Notes under the pieces: model-generated
What the model was told of the DNA's origin: nothing
The model's database searches: none
Seen by the model: the letters and a program-made list of their open reading frames with translations, nothing else
Position numbers and translations under genes: made by a program
Shown here: piece by piece, positions 63,603 through 64,000 of the stretch
How the letters are laid out: the number at the start of each line of letters is the position of its first letter
Numbering within the stretch: position 1 is the stretch's first letter
Source: Selaginella moellendorffii
Taxonomy: Eukaryota; Plantae; Lycopodiophyta
NCBI RefSeq assembly: GCF_000143415.4
Contig: NW_003314284.1
Location: forward strand, 974,693 to 1,038,692
DNA length: 64,000 bases
Direction: 5' to 3'

Positions 63603-64000
63603 TGTTCTGGCTCAACCAAGGCTCCCTCGGCCCCAGCTCCTACTCCGAAAGTCCTGGCCTGCAGTGACTGTGGAGCGAAGTTCCGGGATCACCATCAACA
63701 CCAGTGCTCGTCAGCAACGCATATGAAGGGTGACGCCCACGGGACGGGGCAAAGCACTTCTCATGCTTCGTGTGCGGCGCGAAGTTCGACTCCCGCAGTA
63801 CCTGGACCAGAACTTCCTGGTAAAGCACGCAGGTAACCACTCCTCTGGCCAGTTTCCAGAAGCTCTCTCGTTATTTACCCGTGTTTTTTCAGTGGAGAGC
63901 ACGCGCAACGACGACCCGGAACGAGGAAGAGTCATCGCACACTTCCATGCGAAATGGAACCATCCAGGCAGCGAAGCGTCCGTCATTGACATCCTCCGCG

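Noticed and set aside
63850-64000. 3' end of a minus-strand gene at the window edge
   Set aside because: Too little sequence to support a call.

Overview
Eukaryotic plant nuclear DNA. The ~47-56 nt GT-AG introns, PLS-DYW PPR gene, CVNH lectin and chromovirus LTR nests suggest a lycophyte such as Selaginella (inference). 1-24.9 kb and 40.9-48.6 kb are nested, mostly decayed Ty3/gypsy LTR retroelements of at least three LTR families, with an assembly gap at 24958-25773. 48.8-64 kb is host gene space: two OPR pseudogenes, an Hsp110-type Hsp70, a DYW-PPR gene, a frameshifted GDSL lipase, an unknown gene and an LEA_2-like gene. The most notable object is a ~13.2-kb DNA transposon (26630-39797) bounded by 22-bp perfect TIRs. 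It carries (i) a Sola-like DD(D/E) transposase on the minus strand and (ii) a divergently transcribed 11-exon, ~1630-aa cargo gene. I reconstruct that gene as a fusion of a ParB/Srx-like domain, a degenerate beta-class DNA amino-methyltransferase-like fold, an acidic linker and an FCP1/NIF-type HAD phosphatase. It also carries (iii) ~27 copies or half-sites of a 22-bp palindrome (ATGGCATG-WGGCCW-CAYGCCAT) in its promoter, introns and exons, which I did not see outside the TIRs. Other oddities are a canonical-looking 47-nt intron inside a gypsy integrase and an AT-rich secreted cyanovirin-N homolog gene next to the transposon. All domain calls are by motif recognition, not database search.
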